Shown piece after piece: positions 55,388 through 62,687 of a stretch of 62,687 nucleotides of DNA. How positions within the stretch are numbered: the stretch's first letter is position 1; each line of letters begins with the position of its first letter. This DNA is from Eubacteriales bacterium (GTDB lineage Bacteria > Bacillota > Clostridia > Oscillospirales > CAG-272). Position numbers and translations under genes: made by a program. The stretch spans positions 1 to 62,687 of the forward strand of contig JAZSGX010000067.1 in the NCBI GenBank assembly GCA_045532975.1, written 5' to 3'. Below the pieces are notes generated by a model. That model was not told the origin of the DNA. It saw only the letters and a program-made list of their open reading frames with translations, and did no database searches.

Positions 55388-56134
55388 TTACATAAATAGG
55401 CAGAAGATGATTGGTAAGAAAATGGCGGGGAGCATATTGGCGATTTTGACCTTTGTTGCGCCTACCATATTTAAGCCAAGGGCGATAACAATGATGGACC
55501 CTGTGGCTGAAATTTCGTTAATTGAGTTCAAAAGCAGGTCCTTGAGTGCTCCGGCACCAAGCTCAATGGCACCCTGATAAATAAAGAGCGGAATTGCCGC
55601 AAGCATAGAGCCAATGCCACCGAAGGTTGTGGCAAAAACAAGGGCGGTTATAAAGTCGAGTAACGCCTTTGTATATAGAAGCTCTTGATTTTCTCCACCG
55701 GAAAGACCGCTGTTAAGCGCGCCCATAATGGCAAGGGCGCCAACGCAACAGGTAAGGGTGGTGGAAACGAAGCCCTTTGATACGCTTTTTTTCGCTCTTG
55801 CTTCGTCTATTTCGGGGTGACCTGTAAAAGCGGGCTTGTTTCTTACAAATTTGCGCTCCATAAAAGAGCCGAATTTTTCAAGCAAGCCGTCAATGTCAAT
55901 AATTGTGCCGATAACTGTGCCTATAACCAAGGAGAGCAAGATAACAAGCTCCTTGTCAGATGACATAGCACCCTTTATGCCTATGAAAATGACGAAAACT
56001 GAGATTGCCTTCATAGCCGCCTCGGGAATTGAGGCTAAGCGTTGGTATTTTGAGAAAACACGGGAGAGCAAAATACCTAAAAGGGAGCCGCCGACAACCG
56101 TTGCACAGTTAACTAAAGTTCCAAGAAAGGGCAT
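55388..56134 (-). CDS. DUF554-family membrane protein
   Basis: MPFLGTLVNCATVVGGSLLG N-terminus is typical of DUF554. Confidence 0.7.
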   Translation of the reverse strand: MPFLGTLVNCATVVGGSLLGILLSRVFSKYQRLASIPEAAMKAISVFVIFIGIKGAMSSDKELVILLSLVIGTVIGTIIDIDGLLEKFGSFMERKFVRNKPAFTGHPEIDEARAKKSVSKGFVSTTLTCCVGALAIMGALNSGLSGGENQELLYTKALLDFITALVFATTFGGIGSMLAAIPLFIYQGAIELGAGALKDLLLNSINEISATGSIIVIALGLNMVGATKVKIANMLPAIFLPIIFCLFM

Positions 56135-57036
56135 TAATTCAACTCCTCATAAAATTTATCTGCAAGGGCGCAAAAGCTCTCAATTGACAGCTTTTCTCCC
56201 CTGATATTAATATCAAAGCCGAGCTCCTCAATGATTTCTCCAATACGCGTCTTTGGAATGTTGGAAAAAGAGGACGAAAGAGAATTAAGCATGGTTTTTC
56301 TGCGTTGGGCAAAAGCGCCCTCAATAACGCGGAACAACATTTTTTCGCTTTTTGTTTTGTATAGTGGCTCGTCGTAAAGCTCAATCCTTATAACCGTTGA
56401 GGTTACCTTGGGCGCGGGCAAGAAATTGTCGGGAGAAACGTCAAATAGCTTAAGGGCTTGTCCGTAGTAGGCAATAGATGCGGAAATTGCGCCGTAGTCC
56501 CCCTTGGTTTCGGTAGCGCACAGGCGGTCGGCAACCTCCTTTTGTACCATAACGGTAATAGAGGTTAGGCGGCTTTTACCGTTTTCTCCCCGAGCCTGCT
56601 CCAAGAGCTTCATTATGATAGGCGTGGTGATGTAATATGGCAAGTTGGCGCAAACGGACACAGAGGAGCTTCCAAAATGCTCGTTTATAAACTCACCTAA
56701 ATCAAGCTTTAAAAAATCCTCGTTTACAACGGTGATATTTTGATGCTCCGCCAAGGTTTCTCCAAGAATAGGAATAAGAGTTTTATCAATTTCAACAGCT
56801 ACAACCTTGTCGTAGCAAAGACAAAGCTCGTTTGTCAAGCAACCGATACCGGGGCCGATTTCGATAACCGCGCTTTCGCTATCTTTTTGCTTGCAGGAGT
56901 GGTAGGAATAGCTTTCGTCCGCTATTTGCATTGGAATTTGACGGTTAATCAAAAAGTTCTGACCAAAAGCCTTTTTTGTGCCTGTTTGGTGCTTGGACAT
57001 AATGCGCTTAACCACGTTTACGTCGCACAAGTTCAT
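56134..57036 (-). CDS. rsmA: 16S rRNA (adenine1518/1519-N6)-dimethyltransferase
   Basis: KKAFGQNFLIN and VIEIGPGIGCLT (SAM site). Start at MNLCDV after GGGGGTGGAG. The longer track ORF would overlap tRNA-Thr. Confidence 0.88.
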   Translation of the reverse strand: MNLCDVNVVKRIMSKHQTGTKKAFGQNFLINRQIPMQIADESYSYHSCKQKDSESAVIEIGPGIGCLTNELCLCYDKVVAVEIDKTLIPILGETLAEHQNITVVNEDFLKLDLGEFINEHFGSSSVSVCANLPYYITTPIIMKLLEQARGENGKSRLTSITVMVQKEVADRLCATETKGDYGAISASIAYYGQALKLFDVSPDNFLPAPKVTSTVIRIELYDEPLYKTKSEKMLFRVIEGAFAQRRKTMLNSLSSSFSNIPKTRIGEIIEELGFDINIRGEKLSIESFCALADKFYEELN

Positions 57037-57131
57037 ACACTCCACCCCCTGTTTTTTGAAAAAATGAGCCTTGGCGTTAAAAATCAAATTTAATCTACAA
57101 CGCAAGGCTTTACATAAAAAATACAAAAAAA

Positions 57132-57206
57132 TGGAGCTGACGATGAGATTTGAACTCATGACCTGCTGATTACGAATCAGCTGCACTACCACTGTGCTAC
57201 GCCAGC
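57132..57206 (-). tRNA. tRNA-Thr (anticodon CGT), CCA encoded
   Basis: Minus strand GCTGGCG-TA-GCAC-AGTGGTA-GTGC-A-GCTGA-TTCGTAA-TCAGC-AGGTC-ATGAG-TTCAAAT-CTCAT-CGTCAGC-T-CCA. Confidence 0.88.
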
Positions 57207-57228
57207 ATATTTGATTATTTGCTTTTGT

Positions 57229-57257
57229 ATTATATCATAAACGTTTTGAAATTGCAA
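57229..57257 (-). promoter_or_regulatory. Sigma-A promoter for tRNA-Thr and rsmA
   Basis: Minus strand TTGCAA, 17 nt, TATAAT. Confidence 0.65.
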
Positions 57258-57280
57258 CAATAAATTTTAAGTAAATAAAG

Positions 57281-57306
57281 AAAACGGCGAAAAATCTCGC
57301 CGTTTT
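57281..57306 (-). terminator. Terminator after the histidine kinase gene
   Basis: AAAACGGCGA-gattttt-TCGCCGTTTT plus CTTTATTT on the minus strand. Confidence 0.8.
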
Positions 57307-57312
57307 GCAATA

Positions 57313-58845
57313 TTATTGTACATTTTGCTCAGGTGTGTCACTTTGAGGGACGGCTTTGAATTCAAACCAGAAAATACTACCCTTACCAACCTCGCTGGAA
57401 ACACCAAAGCGGGAGTTGTGTACCATAAGTATGTTTTTAACTATGGAAAGGCCTAAGCCTGTACCTGTTATGGCGCGCTTGTGTACCTTGTCAATTTTGT
57501 AGTATCTGTCCCACACAAGAGGCAGGTTTTCTTCACTTATACCCTCACCTGTGTCGATAATTGACACTCTGACGATATCGTCAAGCACGTCCTGTCGGAT
57601 GGTGACAGTCTTGTCCTCGCCTGTGTAGTTAACAGCGTTGTTGACAAGGTTATATACAACCTGTAAAAGCCTTGTTTCGTCGGCAACAATGTAAACGTCC
57701 CTGTCGTGAATAAAGGAAATCTTGTATTCCTTATGGCTCAAAAGCGCGTCGTAGCGGTTAACTGTATCGGAAATAACCTTTGTCAAGCAAATTTTCTTCA
57801 TATCAAAGGATTGAGTACCCGATTGCAGCTTTGAAACCAACAAAAGGTCGTTGACAAGGGAGTTAAGCCTCGATGCCTCGTCAATAATAACCTGCATATT
57901 TTCAGGAGTGATTTCACTTGGAAAATCACGCATAAATTCGGAGTAGCCCGTTATCATAGTCAAAGGAGTACGCAAATCGTGGGAGATGTTGGCAATAAGC
58001 TCCTTTTGGATTATGTCCGCACGTTCAAGCTCCGTTGTCATTGTGTTCAAGGTCTTTGCAAGCTCTCTTATTTCGTAAGGCCCGTTCTCCTCGAAGCGGA
58101 CGTTATAGTCGCCGCCCCTTAATTCGGATGCGCCCTTGGTTATTTTTTCAATAGGCTTGGAAAGATTTTTCGTTAAGATGAAGGAGATAAGAACAGCAAA
58201 TGCGAAAAAGCCAAGTGTAACTAAGGCAAGGACAATGCGCACCGCACTTGTAGTTGCGGACATTGGCTCAATATCTGCATTTAAAATCAGCATAACCTGA
58301 TTTCCTGCCTTGCCTGTGACTAAGCGCACGCAGATAAGACAGTCCTCACTGATTTCCTCATCGCTTGTATTCTTTAGTCCCTCATTGGAGTTGAAGTCTC
58401 TGAATTGCTCTCTTGGAAGGACGACGGTGTATTCTCCGTCGTTTTCAATAGCCTCGTTATACCAAGTAGAGAGCAAATTAGTTGAGCTTTCATCAAGGGT
58501 ACAAATGATACAGTCGTTCAAAATGTGGTTTTGGTAAAGAATTTCGTACCCGTTTACCATAACTACCCCTAAGCAAAGCTGGTATTCCTTTGAAACCTGC
58601 TCAATGAGAGAGGCAATATCTTGGGAGTCAATATTTTCGGAAATAAGGCTTGAAGCACGCTTAATGTCGGACTCTCTTGCCGACTTGAATGCGGCATCCA
58701 AGAAAATCGCGTGGAAAACCCACAAAACCAATAATAAGGAAATTGCAAGGATTGCAACGCCCGAAAAAATGTGAAACCTTATGGAGCGAGTCCTTTTTTT
58801 TCGGCTTTTGACTCCGTTTTTTACATCTTTTACTTCGTTAAGCAT
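57313..58845 (-). CDS. Sensor histidine kinase (TM-HAMP-HisKA-HATPase)
   Basis: ISHDLRTPLT H-box, NLVNNAVNYT N-box, GTGLGLSIV G-box. The start lies 1 nt after the response-regulator stop. Confidence 0.85.
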   Translation of the reverse strand: MLNEVKDVKNGVKSRKKRTRSIRFHIFSGVAILAISLLLVLWVFHAIFLDAAFKSARESDIKRASSLISENIDSQDIASLIEQVSKEYQLCLGVVMVNGYEILYQNHILNDCIICTLDESSTNLLSTWYNEAIENDGEYTVVLPREQFRDFNSNEGLKNTSDEEISEDCLICVRLVTGKAGNQVMLILNADIEPMSATTSAVRIVLALVTLGFFAFAVLISFILTKNLSKPIEKITKGASELRGGDYNVRFEENGPYEIRELAKTLNTMTTELERADIIQKELIANISHDLRTPLTMITGYSEFMRDFPSEITPENMQVIIDEASRLNSLVNDLLLVSKLQSGTQSFDMKKICLTKVISDTVNRYDALLSHKEYKISFIHDRDVYIVADETRLLQVVYNLVNNAVNYTGEDKTVTIRQDVLDDIVRVSIIDTGEGISEENLPLVWDRYYKIDKVHKRAITGTGLGLSIVKNILMVHNSRFGVSSEVGKGSIFWFEFKAVPQSDTPEQNVQ

Positions 58846-58846
58846 T

Positions 58847-59539
58847 TTATAGTGGCTTTTCTTCGAAGCGGTAACCCATACCGCGAATAGTAACGATAAA
58901 GTCGCTATACTTACCAAGACTCTTTCTCAAAATCTTGATATGAGTGTCAAGAGTTCTGTCATCGCCAAAGAAATCATAGCCCCAAACGTCGGACAAAAGC
59001 TTGTCACGGGAAAGGGCAATATTCTTGTTTTTAAGCATATAGAAGAAAAGCTCGTATTCCTTGGGGGACATATCAATCCTCTCTCCGTCGATATATACTA
59101 TTCTCGCAGTTAAGTCAGCCACTAAGCCGCCGTTTGCCAAGGAAACAACCTCGTTTTTGTTCTCCTCGACCTTTTGAGAAGCGGAGCGCTTCATAATGGC
59201 GTTAACGCGGAGCATATGCTCCTTTGGAGAAAAGGGCTTAACAACGTAGTCGTCAATGCCAATCTCAAAGCCGTTGATTTTATCGTATTCCTCACCGCGG
59301 GCGGAGAGCATAACTATCGGCACGCTTGAGGTCTTTCTTATCTCTCGCGAAGCGGAGAAGCCGTCAAGCTCAGGCATCATAATGTCCATGATAATAAGGT
59401 CAAAGGAGCCGTTTTTGAATTTGATAACCGCATCCATACCGTCGCACGCCTCAGTCACCTTGTGACCGTCAAACTCAGCATACTTGCGTATGAGCTTTCT
59501 TATCATTTCCTCGTCGTCAACAATTAGAATGTTATACAT
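58847..59539 (-). CDS. OmpR/PhoB-type response regulator
   Basis: ILIVDDEE...DLIIMDIMMPELDG receiver domain and a C-terminal winged helix (RGMGYRF). Confidence 0.88.
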   Translation of the reverse strand: MYNILIVDDEEMIRKLIRKYAEFDGHKVTEACDGMDAVIKFKNGSFDLIIMDIMMPELDGFSASREIRKTSSVPIVMLSARGEEYDKINGFEIGIDDYVVKPFSPKEHMLRVNAIMKRSASQKVEENKNEVVSLANGGLVADLTARIVYIDGERIDMSPKEYELFFYMLKNKNIALSRDKLLSDVWGYDFFGDDRTLDTHIKILRKSLGKYSDFIVTIRGMGYRFEEKPL

Positions 59540-59600
59540 TTTAATCACCTCACGCTTTATTGTAGCACAAAAAAACTTAAAAATCAATAGTGGTTTATAT

Positions 59601-59647
59601 ACCGAAAATGCAGCACCCGTTGAACGGATTGTGCTGCATTTTCGGTT
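59601..59647 (-). terminator. Long hairpin after htrA (weak U-tract)
   Basis: ACCGAAAATGCAGCAC...GTGCTGCATTTTCGGT, a 16-bp stem. Confidence 0.5.
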
Positions 59648-59688
59648 ATTTTGAAGGAGAGTAGGATAGTATCAATTTTAGTGGAGTA

Positions 59689-60927
59689 TTATTCGTAATA
59701 CTCATAGACTGTAACGGTTACTGCATCGGTTGTGTTACCGCGTCTGATGTAGAGGGTAAGCTGTGAGCCGATTTCCATACCGTTAATGATTTTTGTCAAC
59801 TCGTCGGCGGAGGTGATTGCGTAGTCCCTACCCCCAAGTCTAACGCCGTAAATCTGGTCGTTGAGCTGAAGCGCGGAGCTATTGTCACCCTTATCTCTTT
59901 TGAGAATTTTGGAAACGTAAACACCGTTGAAAATCTCCATATTAAACTCTGTAAATATGGTTGGACGGTTGGTTGCGTAGCCAAGAGTGATAAAATCTTC
60001 ATATACTTTACATGCATCGGCTGATGGAATCGCAAAGCCTAAGCCCTCAATTTCCGTGCCGATGGATTTTGCGTTTACAATACCAACAAGCTCACCGCGA
60101 AGGTTGAAAAGACCACCGCCCGAGTTGCCGGGATTTATAGGAGCATCAATTTGCAAAAGGTTCATTTTAATACCGTCAACCGTAAGTGTGCGGTCGAGAG
60201 CACTTATATAACCGTTTGAAACCGTGCCGCCAAGCTGACCTAAGGGATTACCGATTGCAATGATGTCCTCGCCAACTCTTAATTCATAATTGTCATTGGC
60301 AAAGGAAGCAATAGGAAGCTCCTTGGTTTCTTGAATTTTTAATATTGCAATATCACCGATAACGTCGTAGCCGATAACGGATGCTTTATAGTCCGTACCG
60401 TCTGTTAACGTAACTGTGATGGTTGATTTTGTGCTTTCAATGGCGTCCTCAATAACGTGGGCATTTGTGATAATGTGATAGCCCTCTTCGGTAATCTTGC
60501 CGCTATCCTTATCCTCGGTCTTGTACTTGCCGACGATAACACCGCTGCCTGCACCGCTTTGAGTGTAGTAGTTTTGGAAAACAGCGTATTCTGTTTTAAC
60601 CTCAACCACCGTGTCCTTAACAGTGGCTATGATATCTGCGCGGGATGGATTTGAGCCGAATGACCCGCTGATAACAGCCTCGTAGGGACTTTTATGAATA
60701 TCATTTATTATAACCTCGTTACCACTTGAGCCGTTGGCGTTTTGAGAGGCGAAGATACCCCCAATAACGCCAAGAGTGGCGGAGATGATTATGCAAAAAA
60801 CACAAACCAAAACAAGGACCGTTGTACTAACCACGCCTTTGGACTTGCCGTTGCCTATATAGAAATGAATAGGTTCTTTTCCGTCGCCGTTCCCGTTAAG
60901 GTTGTCATTGTATATAAAGTCTGACAA
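59689..60927 (-). CDS. HtrA/DegP-family serine protease with N-terminal TM anchor and C-terminal PDZ
   Basis: ITNAHV (His), DIAILK (Asp), GNSGGGLFN (Ser). TTG start after GAGGTG. Confidence 0.85.
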   Translation of the reverse strand: MSDFIYNDNLNGNGDGKEPIHFYIGNGKSKGVVSTTVLVLVCVFCIIISATLGVIGGIFASQNANGSSGNEVIINDIHKSPYEAVISGSFGSNPSRADIIATVKDTVVEVKTEYAVFQNYYTQSGAGSGVIVGKYKTEDKDSGKITEEGYHIITNAHVIEDAIESTKSTITVTLTDGTDYKASVIGYDVIGDIAILKIQETKELPIASFANDNYELRVGEDIIAIGNPLGQLGGTVSNGYISALDRTLTVDGIKMNLLQIDAPINPGNSGGGLFNLRGELVGIVNAKSIGTEIEGLGFAIPSADACKVYEDFITLGYATNRPTIFTEFNMEIFNGVYVSKILKRDKGDNSSALQLNDQIYGVRLGGRDYAITSADELTKIINGMEIGSQLTLYIRRGNTTDAVTVTVYEYYE

Positions 60928-61191
60928 TTTGGCACCTCGTTCAAAACATTTCGTTTGCTTTTGTGATTACATTATAAACCATGAATGTGACAGTTTTTTG
61001 AACATAGGAAAAATAATGATTGAAAAAAGAGAGTATTTGAAACAATGGATGCGTTCGTCAAAATTTACAAAACTCGGCTTTTTAGCCAAGAAAAAACAAG
61101 GGTGGATTTGTTGATTTTGCCATATTTACATTTTTAAAGGGAAGTGTTATAATTAACGTATAATATAAATCTATTACATAAGGAGAAATTT

Positions 61192-62687
61192 ATGAGCAAG
61201 AGGTTTTTACTAACCGTTGCTGTTATGGCGCTTTTGATGTGCGCATTTGCAATGGTTGTGGGCGCAGCACCTGCAAAGCCAACCCTTGATGTTGACTTTA
61301 GCTCTGTTGCAGAAATTGATGGGTTTACCCCACCATCTCAGCTTTACGTAGGTACAGCTCAACGTGTTTTATTGGATGACGGAGAGGGCAATTATGTTAC
61401 ATATCCTACATACTACGTAACAAAGGATAGCGAAACTTTTGATTTTGACTTTTCAAAGCTTAACGCGGCACAGGCGGTACAGTATTCAAAGAAGTCTGTT
61501 GTAATGGTTGAAATTCCAAACGGAGTTAAAACGGTTTCCGGTAGCTATTTTGCAGGCACAGGTAACTTTCCGCTTTGCGTATCTGTTCAGTTCCCCGGTA
61601 CTGTAACAAGCTACGGCGGCAGTATGTTCCAAACTAATACTGTGATAAGAGTTGTTGAGTTTTTGGACGGTGAGGAGCCTGTTACAATGGGTGACGGTAT
61701 GTTTGGCGCTAACTGGCAAGCAGGTACTGCCAACCTTGAATATGTTAGATTCCCTAACAATCTTATCTCGATAGGTGCTAACACATTCGGTAAGTCTTAT
61801 CAGAACAAAACAATCATTCTTGGCGAAAATCTTCAGTCCATAGGCGCGGGCTTCTTTGGTGAGTCAACACCTGATAACAAGGATACAAACATCTATGTTT
61901 CTGACAAGTTTTTTGCTAATACCGATATCGTTGCAAGTGTTTTCGGTAACTTTGCTCAATATCACGGTAACATTTTGAAGCTTAGGTTGTTCTATGCTGG
62001 CTCAAAGGAAGCTGCTGAGGCGTTTGTTGAAAAGGGCAAGGCTGCTCAGAGCGGTTATGTGTTTGACAAAGCTACTATTGTTAGCAAGGATGAGTATGAC
62101 CCAAGCGTTCACAAGCTCACATCTGCTATCAGCATAATTATGATTTACGATTATGAAATTTGTGACCTGTTCTATGATGGTCACAACATGAGCAGTGAAG
62201 CGGAGATGAAATTCACAAGTTATTTCGAGCCTATCAAATTTGCATCCGTTTGTGAAAACGGCACTTGCACATATGCAGGCTATGACGATTCAAAGACAAT
62301 TGGCGCACTCTTTGTAAACTACGGTTACTCAATGACCGAGGTTGAAATTGGCGGCAAGCTTTCAATGTCACAGTTCTTCGGTATTGACAAGGCAAATCTT
62401 GAAAAATATACTACCTTGACAGGTAACGCCTTTGAGTATGGCTTTGTTGTTTCTTCAAACGCTGACCCAATGAACGAGGCAAACAGCGGCTTGATTGCAG
62501 AGGGCAAGACCTACATAACAACACAAAACGGATTTAAGCACGACTACTTTGCAGTTGCTGTTGCTGGATTTACAGACGCAACCGTTGATAACGCACTTAC
62601 ATTCTGCGTTTATGTTAAGGATGGAGCAAAGGTTTCCTACCTTGATAACGGTGAAACAGTTGAAACGGTAAATATGAAGAGCTACAA
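61192..62687 (+). CDS. Secreted LRR protein with Cys-motif plus 'GYS' domain (paralog 5), 3'-truncated by the window edge
   Basis: Absent from the ORF track because it has no stop. AAGGAG RBS. MSKRFLLTVAVMALLMCAFAMVVGAAP signal peptide. In frame to 62687. CENGTC...LFVNYGYS...EYGFVVSS. Confidence 0.75.
   Translation, partial: MSKRFLLTVAVMALLMCAFAMVVGAAPAKPTLDVDFSSVAEIDGFTPPSQLYVGTAQRVLLDDGEGNYVTYPTYYVTKDSETFDFDFSKLNAAQAVQYSKKSVVMVEIPNGVKTVSGSYFAGTGNFPLCVSVQFPGTVTSYGGSMFQTNTVIRVVEFLDGEEPVTMGDGMFGANWQAGTANLEYVRFPNNLISIGANTFGKSYQNKTIILGENLQSIGAGFFGESTPDNKDTNIYVSDKFFANTDIVASVFGNFAQYHGNILKLRLFYAGSKEAAEAFVEKGKAAQSGYVFDKATIVSKDEYDPSVHKLTSAISIIMIYDYEICDLFYDGHNMSSEAEMKFTSYFEPIKFASVCENGTCTYAGYDDSKTIGALFVNYGYSMTEVEIGGKLSMSQFFGIDKANLEKYTTLTGNAFEYGFVVSSNADPMNEANSGLIAEGKTYITTQNGFKHDYFAVAVAGFTDATVDNALTFCVYVKDGAKVSYLDNGETVETVNMKSY

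Noticed and set aside
60902-61114. 70-aa track ORF in the htrA/paralog-5 intergenic region
   Set aside because: It starts inside htrA on the opposite strand, has no RBS and spans the AT-rich promoter region.

Overview
A 62.7-kb chromosomal window from a low-GC Gram-positive, Clostridia-like bacterium, judged from AGGAGG-type RBSs, sigma-A promoters and many rho-independent terminators. It opens in the tail of an rRNA operon: 23S 3' end, tRNA-Lys, two tandem 5S genes, tRNA-Asn. Housekeeping genes follow (rnpB, uppP, pgk, tpiA, ptsH-ptsI-EIIA, rpmF/yceD, rsmA, tRNA-Thr, an htrA plus two-component unit). Between them lie mostly signal-peptide-less glycoside hydrolases and esterases (GH10-like, GH32-like, SASA esterase, GH78-like, heparinase II/III-like, GH127, GH5, KdgK), ABC transporters, and five paralogous secreted multidomain proteins. 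I found no CRISPR array and no integrase, transposase or phage structural gene.

The most unusual signals are non-coding.
1. Three housekeeping genes (tRNA-Asn, rnpB, ptsI) have their 3' ends directly duplicated around very small inserts. This is an attL/attR-like architecture with no recombinase gene in the window.
2. A family of roughly 115-125-nt hairpin-containing modules has four copies in the window. Three are embedded in degenerate tRNA-like scaffolds at 930-1507 and one sits between the rnpB 3'-end duplicates at 11762-11874.

Coding and regulatory oddities:
- A MerR-HTH::FGGY-kinase fusion regulator with two near-identical 19-bp-spacer MerR-type promoters.
- A shared, unassigned Cys-motif plus 'GYS' domain in the five secreted proteins.
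- A conserved 51-55-aa acidic peptide gene directly after two of those proteins. Both peptide genes fall below the ORF-track cutoff.
- An orphan MazF.
- A direct-repeat-flanked cassette carrying a Cys-rich mini-protein behind a 99-nt hairpin leader.

All functional calls come from motif recognition by eye. No database search was run.
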